A stretch of 64,000 bases of DNA from NCBI GenBank assembly GCA_044869805.1, contig JBIOXV010000172.1:14715-78714 (forward strand), written 5' to 3'. Under the pieces are notes generated by a model. That model did no database searches, had not been told where the DNA came from, and was given only the letters and a program-made list of their open reading frames with translations. Positions 9,736 through 19,458 of the stretch are shown here, piece after piece. The position numbers and the translations under genes were made by a program. The DNA is from Thermoanaerobaculia bacterium (GTDB lineage Bacteria > Acidobacteriota > Thermoanaerobaculia > Multivoradales > SZUA-115). Each line of letters starts with the position of its first letter. Positions within the stretch are counted from its first letter, which is position 1.

Positions 9736-9785
9736 AGGCGCACAACGAAACCGTCGCGAGCGGTCGATGCAGCAGGTTTCGGCCG

Positions 9786-12014
9786 CTAGGGCAGGGCCTC
9801 GGCCGAGGCCGTCGCATTCTTCCCCATCCGGCGATCCACCCGCAGCACGCCGGGCACCGCCTGGATCCCCCGCCGCAGCTTCTCGAGGTGCTTGAGGTCG
9901 CGCAGCTCGACCACCACCTGGATCTCGCCGCGGCCGGTCTCCAGGGTGTCGGCATCGATCTGGGTGATGTTGGTGTCGAGCTTGGCGATGGCATCGGTGA
10001 GCTTGGCGAGGATGCCGGGCCGGTCCTCGGTCTCGATCACCAGGCTGATGCGGTAGCGCTCCTCGGCGCTTTTCGCCCAGTCCACCTCGATCTCGCGCTC
10101 CGGATTGAACAGCAGGTTCTTGACGTTCGGGCAGTCGACCGAGTGCACGGAGATGCCGTGGCCACGGGTGACGTAGCCGACGATGCCCTCGCCGGGAAGC
10201 GGGTTGCAGCACTTGGCGAGATAGGCCAGCACGTCGCCGTGGCCCTTGACCTCGATCGGCCCGCCTCGCTGCGGCAGGATGCGGCTGACCACGCGCTGGA
10301 AGCGGCTCTCCTTGGCCGGCGGCTCGGCGAGCTGCTCGGCGGGCAATAGGCGGGCCAGCACCTGGCGCGGCTGCATGCGGCCGAAGCCGATGCGACTGAA
10401 CAGGTCCTCGACCTTGGACAGGCCTTCCTCCACCAACAGCGCATCCAGCGCCGGGTTTTCGAGCAGCTTCTTGTAGCTCGCCCGGTAGCGGCGCGCCTCG
10501 CGCTCCAGCATGCGCTGCCCCAGCTCCATGGCGCGGTTCTTCTGCTGGGCGTTGAGCCACTGGCGGATCTTGGTCTTGGCGCGCGAGGTGGCGACCAGGT
10601 TCAGCCAGTCGCGGCTTGGGGCTCGGTTGGGGTTGGTGATCACCTCCACCATGTCGCCGTTGCCGAGCGGCGTGCGCAGCGGCACCAGCCGGCCGTTGAC
10701 CCGGGCGCCGGCGCAGTGGTGGCCGATGTCGGTGTGCACGCGGTAGGCGAAATCGAGCGGCGTGGCGCCGCGCGGGAACGACATCACGTCGCCCTTGGGA
10801 GTGAAGACGTAGACCTCCTCGGGGTAGAGGTCGACCTTGAGCGAGGTGAGGAAGGTGCGGGGGTCCTGCACCTCCTTCTGCCACTCGAGGAGCTGGCGCA
10901 GCCAGAGGATGTTGCGGTCGGTCGACTCGGGGCCCCTGCCTTCCTTGTAGCGCCAGTGCGCGGCGATGCCTTCCTCGGCCACCAGGTCCATCTCGCGGGT
11001 GCGGATCTGCACTTCGAAAGGCTGGCCGGTGTCGCTGACCACCGTGGTGTGCAGCGACTGGTAGAGGTTGGGCTTCGCCATCGCAATGTAGTCCTTGAAG
11101 CGGCCCGGCACCGGCCGCCAGCTCTGGTGCACCACCCCCAACGCCGCGTAGGTGTCGCGCAGGTTGGGGGTGACGACGCGGAACGCCAGGTAGTCGTAGA
11201 GCTGCGAGATGTCGATCCCCTGGCGTAGCAGCTTGCGGTAGATCGAGTAGTAGCGCTTGACCCGCGAGCTGATCTCGGCCTCGATCCCGGCCTCCTCGAG
11301 CGCCGTCACCAGCCGCCGCCGCAGGCGCTCGATGGCATCGTGGCTGACCTTCATCTTCTCCTTGATCTTGGAGTGCAGCTCGGCGAACTGGTGCGGGTAG
11401 AGGTAGTAGAAGGCGAGGTCCTCGAGGTCGCCCTGCACCCGCGCCATCCCCAAGCGGTGGGCGATGGGGGCGTAGATCTCGAGCGTCTCGCGCGAGATGC
11501 GCCGCCGCTTCTCGGGCGGCAGGTGCTCGAGGGTGAGCAGGTTGTGCAGCCGGTCGGCGAGCTTGATGACGATCACCCGCAGGTCCTTGGCCGAGGCCAG
11601 GATCATCTTGCGGAAGGTCTCGGCCTGCACCTCGTCGCGCCGCACGTAGGCGTGGCGGCCGATCTTGGTCACCCCGTCGACCAGCTCGGCGATCTCCTCG
11701 CCGAAGCGCTCGCGGACCACCTCGCGGGTGGTGAGCGTGTCCTCCAGCACGTCGTGCAGCAGGCCGACGGCGACGCAGGTCTCGTCGAACTTGAGGTCGG
11801 CGAGCAGGTAGGCGACGGAGAGCGGGTGGGTGAAGAACGGCTCGCCGGAGCGGCGGAGCTGGTCCTTGTGCATCGCCTCCGAGAACTCGTAGACGGCGCG
11901 CAGGGCCTGGTGGTCGAACGGCCGCCCTTGGGCCTCCAACCGCTCGAGGACGTCCTCGAAGCGCACCCGCCCCCGCGCCTTGACGGGCGGGGGCGGCAGG
12001 TGATCCGTCTTCAC
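9786..12014 (-). CDS. rel: Bifunctional (p)ppGpp synthetase/hydrolase (RelA/SpoT homolog)
   Basis: 742-aa ORF. It has an HD hydrolase motif (HPLSVAYLL...LLHDVLEDT), a synthetase domain (YIAMAKPNLYQSLHTTV), and TGS and ACT-like C-terminal regions. GTG start. Confidence 0.95.
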   Translation of the reverse strand: MKTDHLPPPPVKARGRVRFEDVLERLEAQGRPFDHQALRAVYEFSEAMHKDQLRRSGEPFFTHPLSVAYLLADLKFDETCVAVGLLHDVLEDTLTTREVVRERFGEEIAELVDGVTKIGRHAYVRRDEVQAETFRKMILASAKDLRVIVIKLADRLHNLLTLEHLPPEKRRRISRETLEIYAPIAHRLGMARVQGDLEDLAFYYLYPHQFAELHSKIKEKMKVSHDAIERLRRRLVTALEEAGIEAEISSRVKRYYSIYRKLLRQGIDISQLYDYLAFRVVTPNLRDTYAALGVVHQSWRPVPGRFKDYIAMAKPNLYQSLHTTVVSDTGQPFEVQIRTREMDLVAEEGIAAHWRYKEGRGPESTDRNILWLRQLLEWQKEVQDPRTFLTSLKVDLYPEEVYVFTPKGDVMSFPRGATPLDFAYRVHTDIGHHCAGARVNGRLVPLRTPLGNGDMVEVITNPNRAPSRDWLNLVATSRAKTKIRQWLNAQQKNRAMELGQRMLEREARRYRASYKKLLENPALDALLVEEGLSKVEDLFSRIGFGRMQPRQVLARLLPAEQLAEPPAKESRFQRVVSRILPQRGGPIEVKGHGDVLAYLAKCCNPLPGEGIVGYVTRGHGISVHSVDCPNVKNLLFNPEREIEVDWAKSAEERYRISLVIETEDRPGILAKLTDAIAKLDTNITQIDADTLETGRGEIQVVVELRDLKHLEKLRRGIQAVPGVLRVDRRMGKNATASAEALP

Positions 12015-12037
12015 ATTCGGGAATTATAAGGGCGGCG

Positions 12038-14575
12038 TCAGGCCCGCTTGGCCGCGGCCCGCTCGTCGGTACGCAGCGCGCGCGCCTCGCGGCCGAAGAA
12101 TTTCTCCCACAGCAGAGCGAAGGGGCTCGCGATGTAGATCGAGGAGTAGGTGCCGACGATCACGCCGACGAAGAGGATGAAGGCGAAGCCGCGCAGCACC
12201 TCGCCGCCCCACAGCATCAGCGCCAGGCAGGCGGTCATGGTGGTGCCGCCGGTGAGGATGGTCCGTGACAGCGTTTGGTTGAGGCTCAGGTTCATGGTGT
12301 CGACGAGCGGCGTGCGGCGCGAGCGCCGCATGTTCTCGCGCACGCGGTCGAACACCACCACCGTGTCGTTGACCGAGTAGCCGACCAGGGTGAGGAAGGC
12401 GGCGATGGTCGTCAGGTTGAACTCGAAGCCGAAGATGGCGAACAGGCCCACCGTCACCAGCACGTCGTGGACGGCCGCCATCAGGGCACCGACCCCGAAG
12501 CGCAGCTCGAAGCGGATCCAGATGTAGACCAGCATCCCGAGCAGCGAGGAGATCACCGCCAGGATACCCTTGCGGCGCAGCTCCGAGCCCACCTGCGGGC
12601 CCACGTTCTCGGTGGACCGCACCTCGAAGTCCGGGTGCTTGGCCTGCAAGGCCGCGACCAGCTCCTTGGCGCTTCCCTCCTCGCTTCCGGGGCGGGTGGG
12701 GGTGCGGATCAGGACCTCGTTCTCCTCCACCCGACCGATGCGCTGGATCTGGGCGTCGCCGAAGCCGGCCTGGCCCAGGACCGAGCGCAGCTCGTCGACC
12801 TGCGGCTGGCTCGGGAAGCGCAGCGTGAGCTGGGTGCCACCCGTGAAGTCGATGCCGAAGTTGAGCTTGCTGGCGCCGAAGATGGCCACCATACCGATGG
12901 CGATGACCACGAAGGAGATCACCACCCAGAACTTGCGGTAGCGCATGAAGTTGAAGTTGGTGGCCGGGAACCGCAGGCCCCAGATCGCCATCTTGCCCTC
13001 GCCCTTCTCGCGCCAGCGGGCCAGGGCGTCGAACAGCCAGCGGCTGAAGAAGACACCGGCGAAGAGCGTGGCCAGGATGCCGAGCGACAGCGTCACCGCG
13101 AAGCCCTTGACCGGCCCGGTGCCGAAGCTGAACAGGAAGAGGGCCGCCACCAGGGTGGTGATGTTGGAGTCCACGATCGAGGACAGCGCCTTGGTGAACC
13201 CGGCATCGATCGACGAGCGCACCGTGCGCCCGGCCTTGAGCTCCTCGCGAATGCGCTCGAAGACCAGCACGTTGGCGTCGAAGGCCATGCCGATGGTGAG
13301 CACGATGCCGGCGATGCCGGGCAGCGTGAGCACGGCGCCGGTGCTCCCCAGAGCGCCAAACAGGAGAACGACGTTGAGCGCCAGCGCCGCCACCGCGTTG
13401 AAGCCGGTCAGCGAGTAGACGGCGAACATGGCGACAATGGTCAGCACGGTGGCGATCACGCCGGCCTCGAGGCCGCGGCGGACGGAGTCGGCGCCCAGCG
13501 AGGCGCCCACGGTGCGCTCCTCTAGATACTGGATGCCGGCCGGCAAGGCTCCGGAGCGCAGCGTGGTCACCAGGTCCTCGACCTCTTGCAGGGTGCGGAT
13601 GCCGGTGATCTGCCCGCGGTCGCTGATCCGCTCCTGAATGGTCGCCACGCTGCGCACCTTGCCATCCAGGATCACGGCCAGCTTGCGGCCCTTGCTCTCG
13701 TTGGTGACCTTGCTGAAGATCCGCGCCCCGTCCTGCGACAGCTCGAAGTGCACGGCCGGGCGCTGGTACTCGTCGGTGCCCACGCGGGCGGTGCGCAGGT
13801 CGCGGCCGGTGATCACCTGGCGCCTCTCCAGCGCCCAGAACCGCTCGTCAACCTGCTTGTCCTGGCTGTCGAAGACCGGCTCCGGAAGCACCTCCACGTT
13901 CTCCGGAGTCGTGCCTCCGAAGAGCGCCGCCAGGGCCTCGCGGCTGGGGGCCGGGTTGCCGCCGCCGGCGGCATCGACCAGCCGGAGCTCGAGGAAGGCC
14001 GTGCTCTTGATCAGGTTCTTGACGCGCTCGGGGTCCTCGACCCCGGGAAGCTGGACGATGATGCGCTCGCTGCCCGGCTGGCGGGCGATCTGGTGCTCGG
14101 CGACGCCGAAGGCATCGACGCGGTTGTTGATGGTCTGTAACGCCTGCTCGACCGCCTGGTTCTTGATCTCCACCCGATTGGCGTCGGTCATCGTGAAGAC
14201 CAGCTTGTCGCCGCGGCGGCTCCTCTCCCAACGCGGGCTGTTGCCGGGCCCGTACTTGAAGAAGTCGTCGTAGATCTCCTCGATCACCGGGTCGCGGTCG
14301 GGGGGCACGCCGGCCGCCTCGAAGCTGGTGTCGCCGATCCGGCGCACCGTGATGCCGGTGACTCCCTTGTTCACCGCCTCGCGGCGCAGCAGCTCCATGT
14401 CCTTCTCGGTCTCGGCGCGCAGCGCGTCCTCGGACTTCACCTGCAGCACCAGGTGCATGCCGCCCTGGAGGTCGAGGCCGCGCTTGATCTTTTCCTTGGG
14501 CGGCAGGGAGTAGAGCAGTGCCACGGCCGTGATGGCCGCGATCAGCGCTCCCCGCCAGACGAGGCTCTTGTTCAT
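12038..14575 (-). CDS. secDF: Fused protein-export membrane protein SecDF
   Basis: 845-aa ORF. The SecD N-terminus (GLDLQGGMHLVLQV) and periplasmic domain are followed by a SecF half (FMRYRKFWVVISFVV...), with 12 TM-like segments. Confidence 0.95.
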   Translation of the reverse strand: MNKSLVWRGALIAAITAVALLYSLPPKEKIKRGLDLQGGMHLVLQVKSEDALRAETEKDMELLRREAVNKGVTGITVRRIGDTSFEAAGVPPDRDPVIEEIYDDFFKYGPGNSPRWERSRRGDKLVFTMTDANRVEIKNQAVEQALQTINNRVDAFGVAEHQIARQPGSERIIVQLPGVEDPERVKNLIKSTAFLELRLVDAAGGGNPAPSREALAALFGGTTPENVEVLPEPVFDSQDKQVDERFWALERRQVITGRDLRTARVGTDEYQRPAVHFELSQDGARIFSKVTNESKGRKLAVILDGKVRSVATIQERISDRGQITGIRTLQEVEDLVTTLRSGALPAGIQYLEERTVGASLGADSVRRGLEAGVIATVLTIVAMFAVYSLTGFNAVAALALNVVLLFGALGSTGAVLTLPGIAGIVLTIGMAFDANVLVFERIREELKAGRTVRSSIDAGFTKALSSIVDSNITTLVAALFLFSFGTGPVKGFAVTLSLGILATLFAGVFFSRWLFDALARWREKGEGKMAIWGLRFPATNFNFMRYRKFWVVISFVVIAIGMVAIFGASKLNFGIDFTGGTQLTLRFPSQPQVDELRSVLGQAGFGDAQIQRIGRVEENEVLIRTPTRPGSEEGSAKELVAALQAKHPDFEVRSTENVGPQVGSELRRKGILAVISSLLGMLVYIWIRFELRFGVGALMAAVHDVLVTVGLFAIFGFEFNLTTIAAFLTLVGYSVNDTVVVFDRVRENMRRSRRTPLVDTMNLSLNQTLSRTILTGGTTMTACLALMLWGGEVLRGFAFILFVGVIVGTYSSIYIASPFALLWEKFFGREARALRTDERAAAKRA

Positions 14576-14589
14576 GATGGGATGCCTTT

Positions 14590-14946
14590 CTACACGCTGA
14601 GCTTGTCGGCGTCCTTCTCGGCGCTGGCCTCGAGGCCGGAGACCGCCGCCTTGGACACCCGCACCCTGACGTTGTCGGCGATCTTCAGCAGCACCACCGG
14701 GCCGTCGACGCTCACCACCTCGCCGTAGAGGCCGCCGTTGGTGACCACCTTGTCGCCCTTCTTCAGGGCCTCGATCAGCCGCTGCAGGTCCTGCTGGCGC
14801 TTGCGCGCCGGCCGCAGCAGAAGGAAGTAGAAGATGAGGAAGATGACCAGAATGGGGGCCAGCGAGACCAGGAACTCGCCCGTCGAGGGCTGCGCCTGCG
14901 CCACCACCGGGATCGAGGCTCGGAAGATCGCGGAAAAGTCGATCAC
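14590..14946 (-). CDS. yajC: Preprotein translocase subunit YajC
   Basis: 118-aa ORF with the YajC signature FYFLLLRPARKRQQ...KGDKVVTNGGLYGEVV. It sits upstream of secDF. Confidence 0.92.
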   Translation of the reverse strand: MIDFSAIFRASIPVVAQAQPSTGEFLVSLAPILVIFLIFYFLLLRPARKRQQDLQRLIEALKKGDKVVTNGGLYGEVVSVDGPVVLLKIADNVRVRVSKAAVSGLEASAEKDADKLSV

Positions 14947-15058
14947 GTGCAGGCTCCTAGTGAATGTGCCGGGGCAGGGCGATCACTCTCTGGTGACGGC
15001 GAAACCCCGACAAAGGACGCGGTCTCGCCGGAGGTCCTTCTCGCGGCAGGTCCTTTGG

Positions 15059-16156
15059 TCAGGGAGTTCTCAAGGCGGGCGCCGCCAGATCGCTTAAGCG
15101 TCCAGACCGGATAGCGTGCCTGAGATCCGCCATGAAGTCAAGGTAATGGTGGAGGTTGTGGACCGTGGCGAGCACCGCTCCGGTGAGCTCGCCGGAGCGC
15201 ACCAGATGGTGCAGGAAAGCGCGGGAGACGCGCCGGCAAACCGGGCAGCCGCAGGCCGGGTCCGGCGGCGCCGGATCGGCCGCGTGGCGGGCGTTCTTGA
15301 TCTTGAGCAGCCCCGAGCGGGTGAACAGCACGCCGTGGCGTGCGTTCCTCGCCGGCAGCACGCAGTCGAAGAGGTCCACTCCCTGGCGCACGGCGTGGAG
15401 GATGTCGTCGGGGTAGCCGACGCCCATCAGGTAGCGGGGCCGCTCGGCGGGCAGCAGCGGCGCCGTCCACTCGACGGCACTGCGGCGATCGATCTCGCCC
15501 TCGCCCACCGAGACGCCGCCGATGGCGTAGCCGTCGAATTCGAGCTCGGAGAGCTCCGCCGCGGCGCGCTCGCGGAGCTCACGGAAGACGCTCCCCTGGA
15601 CGATGCCGAAGAGCCCGCCCGGCGCGCCCGGCCAGGCCTCGCGGGCGCACCGCGCCCAGGCGAGGGTGCGGGCCCAGGAGGCGGCCGCCTCTGCCGCGCT
15701 GACCGGAAAGGGCGGGCACTCGTCGAGCACCATGGCGACGTCCACCCCCAGGCGGAGCTGGGACTGGACCACGCTCTCGGGGGTGAAGCGCAGCGGGCTG
15801 CCGTCGAGGTGGCTGCGGAAGGTCACCCCGCCGTCGTCGACCCGCCGCAGGCCGGCGAGGCTCCACACCTGGAAGCCGCCGCTGTCGGTCAAGATCGGGC
15901 GCTGCCAGCCGGCGAAGCTGTGCAGGCCGCCGAGGCTCTCGATGAGCTCGATGCCGGGGCGCAGCGACAGGTGATAGAGGTTGGCGAGCAGGATCTGCGC
16001 GCCCGCCTGCTCCAGAGCATCGGGCGAGATCCCCTTGACCGCGCCCAGCGTGGCGACCGGCATGAAGGCCGGGGTTTCGACCACGCCGTGCGGAGTCAGG
16101 AGGCGGCCGGCGCGCGCCAGGCCGTCGACCGTGAGGACCTCGAAGCGCAGGGTCAC
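15059..16156 (-). CDS. tgt: tRNA-guanine transglycosylase
   Basis: 365-aa ORF with the N-terminus ARAGRLLTPHGVVETPAFMPV, the motif LTDSGGFQV and a zinc site (CGCPVC...H). The tgt-yajC-secDF order is conserved. Confidence 0.95.
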   Translation of the reverse strand: MTLRFEVLTVDGLARAGRLLTPHGVVETPAFMPVATLGAVKGISPDALEQAGAQILLANLYHLSLRPGIELIESLGGLHSFAGWQRPILTDSGGFQVWSLAGLRRVDDGGVTFRSHLDGSPLRFTPESVVQSQLRLGVDVAMVLDECPPFPVSAAEAAASWARTLAWARCAREAWPGAPGGLFGIVQGSVFRELRERAAAELSELEFDGYAIGGVSVGEGEIDRRSAVEWTAPLLPAERPRYLMGVGYPDDILHAVRQGVDLFDCVLPARNARHGVLFTRSGLLKIKNARHAADPAPPDPACGCPVCRRVSRAFLHHLVRSGELTGAVLATVHNLHHYLDFMADLRHAIRSGRLSDLAAPALRTP

Positions 16157-16181
16157 GATTCAGGCGCGTGCGGCGCTGGGG

Positions 16182-16919
16182 CTACGACGCTCGATCCAGA
16201 TCCACCACCCTGACCTCGACCCCCGGCGGCAGCTTGAGCTCGAAGCGGTCCGGCGGCAGGTCGGCGTTGACCTCGAGGTTCTCGAAGAAGTACTCGGTGA
16301 CCGCGCCGTCTCCGGACTCGTACTTGAGGTGCGTGGGGATGTAGCGCACCGGGTCGATCCACAGGGTGAGCGACTTCAGCCGCTTGGCGACCCGCGCGTA
16401 GCGCGGCGTCATCTCCAGCCGGTACGGGGTCTTGGCGTCCCCGGGAAAAGCGGCGCGCACGTCGAAGTACTCGAGCAGCGTGTCGAGCGAGCCGGTCGCC
16501 CCCAGGTACTTGAGCACCCGCTCGGAGTAACGGCCGATCCGCATCTCGTCGGCGCGCGCCAGGTCGCGGTACCAGGTGGTCATGGTCTTGCCGTGGATCA
16601 GCATGCTGATCGGCCGCGGGCTCTCGTACTCCCAGCGCACGCGGTCGGGCGCGGCGTAGGAGAAGACGCCGCGTGACTCTTCGGGAGCGACCAGGAACTC
16701 GCTCTCCTGCTTCTGGACGAAGCGCGCCTCGAGGGTCTTGACCTTGCCCTGCTCGAGCTTGACACGCTCGACCAGCGCGTCGAGCCGCTCGGTCGCCGAG
16801 AGGCTGGGGTCGCGGGGATCGGGCGGCGCGGCTGGGCCCGGGACGGCGAGCGCCACCGGGGATGCGAGGGCGAGGGCCGCCACCGCGGCAAGGGTCTGCT
16901 CGAGGAACGGGATTCGCAT
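16182..16919 (-). CDS. LolA-like outer-membrane lipoprotein carrier family protein
   Basis: Internal ATG at 16917-16919 (MRIPFLEQTLAAVAALALA... signal peptide). LolA-like core: LEARFVQKQESEF...GVFSYAAPDRVRWEY...TTWY. The upstream 360 aa of the 606-aa track ORF are Arg/Pro/Ala-rich junk. Confidence 0.8.
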   Translation of the reverse strand: MRIPFLEQTLAAVAALALASPVALAVPGPAAPPDPRDPSLSATERLDALVERVKLEQGKVKTLEARFVQKQESEFLVAPEESRGVFSYAAPDRVRWEYESPRPISMLIHGKTMTTWYRDLARADEMRIGRYSERVLKYLGATGSLDTLLEYFDVRAAFPGDAKTPYRLEMTPRYARVAKRLKSLTLWIDPVRYIPTHLKYESGDGAVTEYFFENLEVNADLPPDRFELKLPPGVEVRVVDLDRAS

Positions 16920-17014
16920 AGTCGCGCTAGACAGCACAGCCCGTGCCAGGTGGGCAGCGGGCAAACTCACGAATCGTAGCATGCGCCCAGCCGGTGCCGG
17001 GCGATCCGCCGCCC

Positions 17015-17797
17015 TCAGAAGCCGAAGCCGTCGGCGGCGAGATCCTGCGCAATCGCCTGCAGCAGGGCCTCGCGCCGGTGGTTGATGTAGAAGTGGTCGC
17101 CGGGGAACATGCGCAGGCTGAAGGGACTGCTGCTGTAGACCCGCCAGGCTTCGAGGTGGGCGCGGGAGATCTCGGGGTCGGCGAGACCGCCCCAGGCCGA
17201 GAGCGGGAAGGCCAGGGGCGCCTCCGGCGCCACTTGGTAGGACTCGACCATCTCGAAGTCGGCGCGCAAGGTGGGCAGCAACATCTTCATCAGCTCGGGG
17301 TGTTGCAGGGCCTCCTCGGGCGTGCCGTTGAGCTCGCGCAGGCGGGCGAGGAACTCCTCCTCCGGCAGGCCGGTCATCGGTTCCTTGTCGTCCGGCAGGT
17401 GGGGAGCGCGGCGCGCCGAGGCGAACAGGCGCCGCGGCTGCGGCCCGCCCTCGCGGCGCAGCCAGCGCGCCAGCTCGAAGGCGACGAGCGCTCCCAACGA
17501 GTGACCGAAGAGGGCGAAGGGCCGGTCGAGGAGCGGCAAGAGCGCCGGCCCGGCGCCGGCCACCGCCTCGGCGACGCTCTCGCAGGGTGCCTCGCGGAAG
17601 CGGCTCGCCCTGCCCGGCAGCTCGACGGCGAAGACCTCGATGCCGGCGGGAAGCAGCTCCGACCACCCGCGGTAGATGCCGGAGGCGCCGCCGGCATAGG
17701 GAAAGCAGAACAGCCGCCAACGCGCCTCCGCGGTGGCGTGGCCTGCCGACTTGGGAGGCAGCGGGACGATCCAGGGACTGCGGCTGCTCGAGGGCAT
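17015..17797 (-). CDS. Type II thioesterase (alpha/beta hydrolase, GrsT/TEII-like)
   Basis: It carries RLFCFPYAGGASGIYRGW and the nucleophile motif GHSLGA, with a C-terminal GDHFY. I chose the start at the ATG 17797 (MPSSSRS...). No NRPS or PKS gene is in the window. Confidence 0.8.
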   Translation of the reverse strand: MPSSSRSPWIVPLPPKSAGHATAEARWRLFCFPYAGGASGIYRGWSELLPAGIEVFAVELPGRASRFREAPCESVAEAVAGAGPALLPLLDRPFALFGHSLGALVAFELARWLRREGGPQPRRLFASARRAPHLPDDKEPMTGLPEEEFLARLRELNGTPEEALQHPELMKMLLPTLRADFEMVESYQVAPEAPLAFPLSAWGGLADPEISRAHLEAWRVYSSSPFSLRMFPGDHFYINHRREALLQAIAQDLAADGFGF

Positions 17798-17955
17798 GGC
17801 GGGTTGCGGGACGCGCCGGAGTTTTAACCGAAACGCGCCGCGGGCGCCAGCGGCCGCCACCACCACCGCGGACGTTGACAGTGCCGGGGGTGGGTGCTAG
17901 CTTGCCGCCCTTCGGCCGGCGCGGCGGACGCGGCGAGCTTGTGGAGCTCTTGGAC

Positions 17956-18258
17956 ATGCCTGATCTGGGATCGAAGCACGAGTGCCCCAACTGCGGGATC
18001 AAGTTCTACGACCTCGGCAAGCCCGAGCCGATCTGCCCCAAGTGCGGCGCCAACGTCAAGCACCTCGCTCCCAGCGAGCCTGCGAGCGCCTCGCAAGCGG
18101 CCCGCCGCCGCCGCAAGGCGGAGCTCGCCGCCGAGGATGAGGTCACCGAGGCGGAGGATGCGCCGGGTGCCGACGCCGGCGAGCCCATCCTCGACGCCGA
18201 CGAAGACGAGGAGATCGCCGGCGAGGAGGAAGCCGATCTCGTCGACCTCGAGGACTGA
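17956..18258 (+). CDS. FYDLN_acid-type zinc-ribbon protein (TIGR02300-like) with an acidic tail
   Basis: ATG at 17956. The protein reads MPDLGSKHECPNCGIKFYDLGKPEPICPKCG, followed by a Glu/Asp-rich C-terminus. The track ORF from 17587 has a spurious N-terminus. Confidence 0.8.
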   Translation: MPDLGSKHECPNCGIKFYDLGKPEPICPKCGANVKHLAPSEPASASQAARRRRKAELAAEDEVTEAEDAPGADAGEPILDADEDEEIAGEEEADLVDLED

Positions 18259-18268
18259 CGCCGGGCGG

Positions 18269-18784
18269 GTGCCTTTCGCGCTCGGCCTGGGCGCCAACCT
18301 CGGACCTGCCGAACAGACTCTGCGCCACGCCATCCATTGCCTGGAGCGGGCGCTGGGGCCGCTCACCGTCGGCGGCCTGTACCGCACCCTCCCCCACTCT
18401 TCCATCCCGCAGCCGCCGTTCCTCAACACCGCCGTCGCCGGCGCCACGCGCTTGGCGCCCGAGGAGATCCTCGCCTTGGGCCAGGAGCTCGAGCGCCAGG
18501 CCGGCCGCCTGCCGGGCCCGCGCCACGGGCCGCGCCCGCTCGACGTGGACCTCCTGGTCTACGGCGATCGGGTGCTCGCGGGCCCGCACCTCAACGTTCC
18601 CCATCCGCGCCTGCGCCAACGGCGCTTCGTGCTCGCGCCGCTGGCCGACGCGGCGCCCGAGCTCGCGGTGCCGCCCGACGGCGCGCGGGTGGTGGAGCTG
18701 CTGGCCGCGGTCGGGCAGGAGCGGGAAGTGGAGCGCCTGCCGTGGGCTATCATGCCCGTGCCCGACTCGGACCGGCCGCCGTGA
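18269..18784 (+). CDS. folK: 2-amino-4-hydroxy-6-hydroxymethyldihydropteridine pyrophosphokinase
   Basis: HPPK pattern: LGLGANLG...QPPFLNTAVAG...GPRPLDVDLLVYGD...VPHPRLRQRRFVLAPL. I chose the GTG start at 18269; the start is uncertain. Confidence 0.85.
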   Translation: MPFALGLGANLGPAEQTLRHAIHCLERALGPLTVGGLYRTLPHSSIPQPPFLNTAVAGATRLAPEEILALGQELERQAGRLPGPRHGPRPLDVDLLVYGDRVLAGPHLNVPHPRLRQRRFVLAPLADAAPELAVPPDGARVVELLAAVGQEREVERLPWAIMPVPDSDRPP

Positions 18785-19458
18785 GCTCGACCAGCTATCT
18801 GCCGCTCTTCCCGCTGCCCAACGTGGTGCATTTTCCGGGCACCGATCTGAAGCTCCACGTCTTCGAGCCGCGCTACCGCAAGCTGGTGCGCGACCTGCTC
18901 GAGGTGGCGCCCGAGAGCCGCTTCGTCGGCATGGTGCTGATGAAGCCGGGGGCCAGCAAGCTGGGCGTGCCGGAGGTGTTCCCGGGCGGCACCGCGGGCC
19001 TGCTGGTCGACGTCGAGCTGCTCGCGGACGGCCGCTCCAACATCCTGCTGCACGGCGACTTCCGTTTCGAGATCGAGCGCGAGGTCGACGCCAACCCCTA
19101 CCGGCGGGCCCTGGTGCGGCAGCTCGCCGAGCCACAGCTCGCCGAGGACGACGCCGGCATCCTGACCGTGCGCCGCGGCCTGCTCGAGCTGGTCGGCGCC
19201 CTGGCGGCGGAGATCGGCGACGCCTTCCCGTTGCGGCAAGAGCACTTCGGCGACGCCGCCGAGACGCTGCCCTTCGAGCTGCTGGTCAACCGCATCGCGG
19301 CGGAGATCGACCTGCCGGCGATGACCAAGATCCAGCTCTTGAACGACGCCCTGCCGGAGCGCGCCGTCAGCCTGCTCGACATCCTGCGCAACCGCCGGCA
19401 GGTGCTGGACGTGCTCCGCCCGTTCCGCCATCTGGCCACCGACAGCGAGCTCAATTGA
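18781..19458 (+). CDS. LON substrate-binding (N-terminal) domain protein
   Basis: The GTG at 18781 overlaps the folK stop (GTGA). LPLFPLPNVVHFPGTDLKLHVFEPRYRKLV is typical of the LON N-domain family. Confidence 0.8.
   Translation: MSSTSYLPLFPLPNVVHFPGTDLKLHVFEPRYRKLVRDLLEVAPESRFVGMVLMKPGASKLGVPEVFPGGTAGLLVDVELLADGRSNILLHGDFRFEIEREVDANPYRRALVRQLAEPQLAEDDAGILTVRRGLLELVGALAAEIGDAFPLRQEHFGDAAETLPFELLVNRIAAEIDLPAMTKIQLLNDALPERAVSLLDILRNRRQVLDVLRPFRHLATDSELN

Noticed and set aside
9795-9810. Perfect 16-nt palindrome ggcctcggccgaggcc between convergent rpmB and rel
   Set aside because: It lies inside the rel coding sequence (…SAEALP*) and has no loop. It cannot be distinguished from a coding-sequence coincidence.
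15011-15057. Alternative hairpins in the tgt-yajC spacer (aaggac pairing with either of two gtcctt copies)
   Set aside because: The stems are short (6-8 bp) with a large loop and no known regulatory element in this position. This is insufficient to call an attenuator.
16920-18002. N-terminal 360 aa of the 606-aa ORF containing the LolA-like protein
   Set aside because: It is an Arg/Pro/Ala-rich stretch overlapping the thioesterase gene in another frame. A signal-peptide-bearing ATG at 16919 gives a normal-length LolA-like protein.
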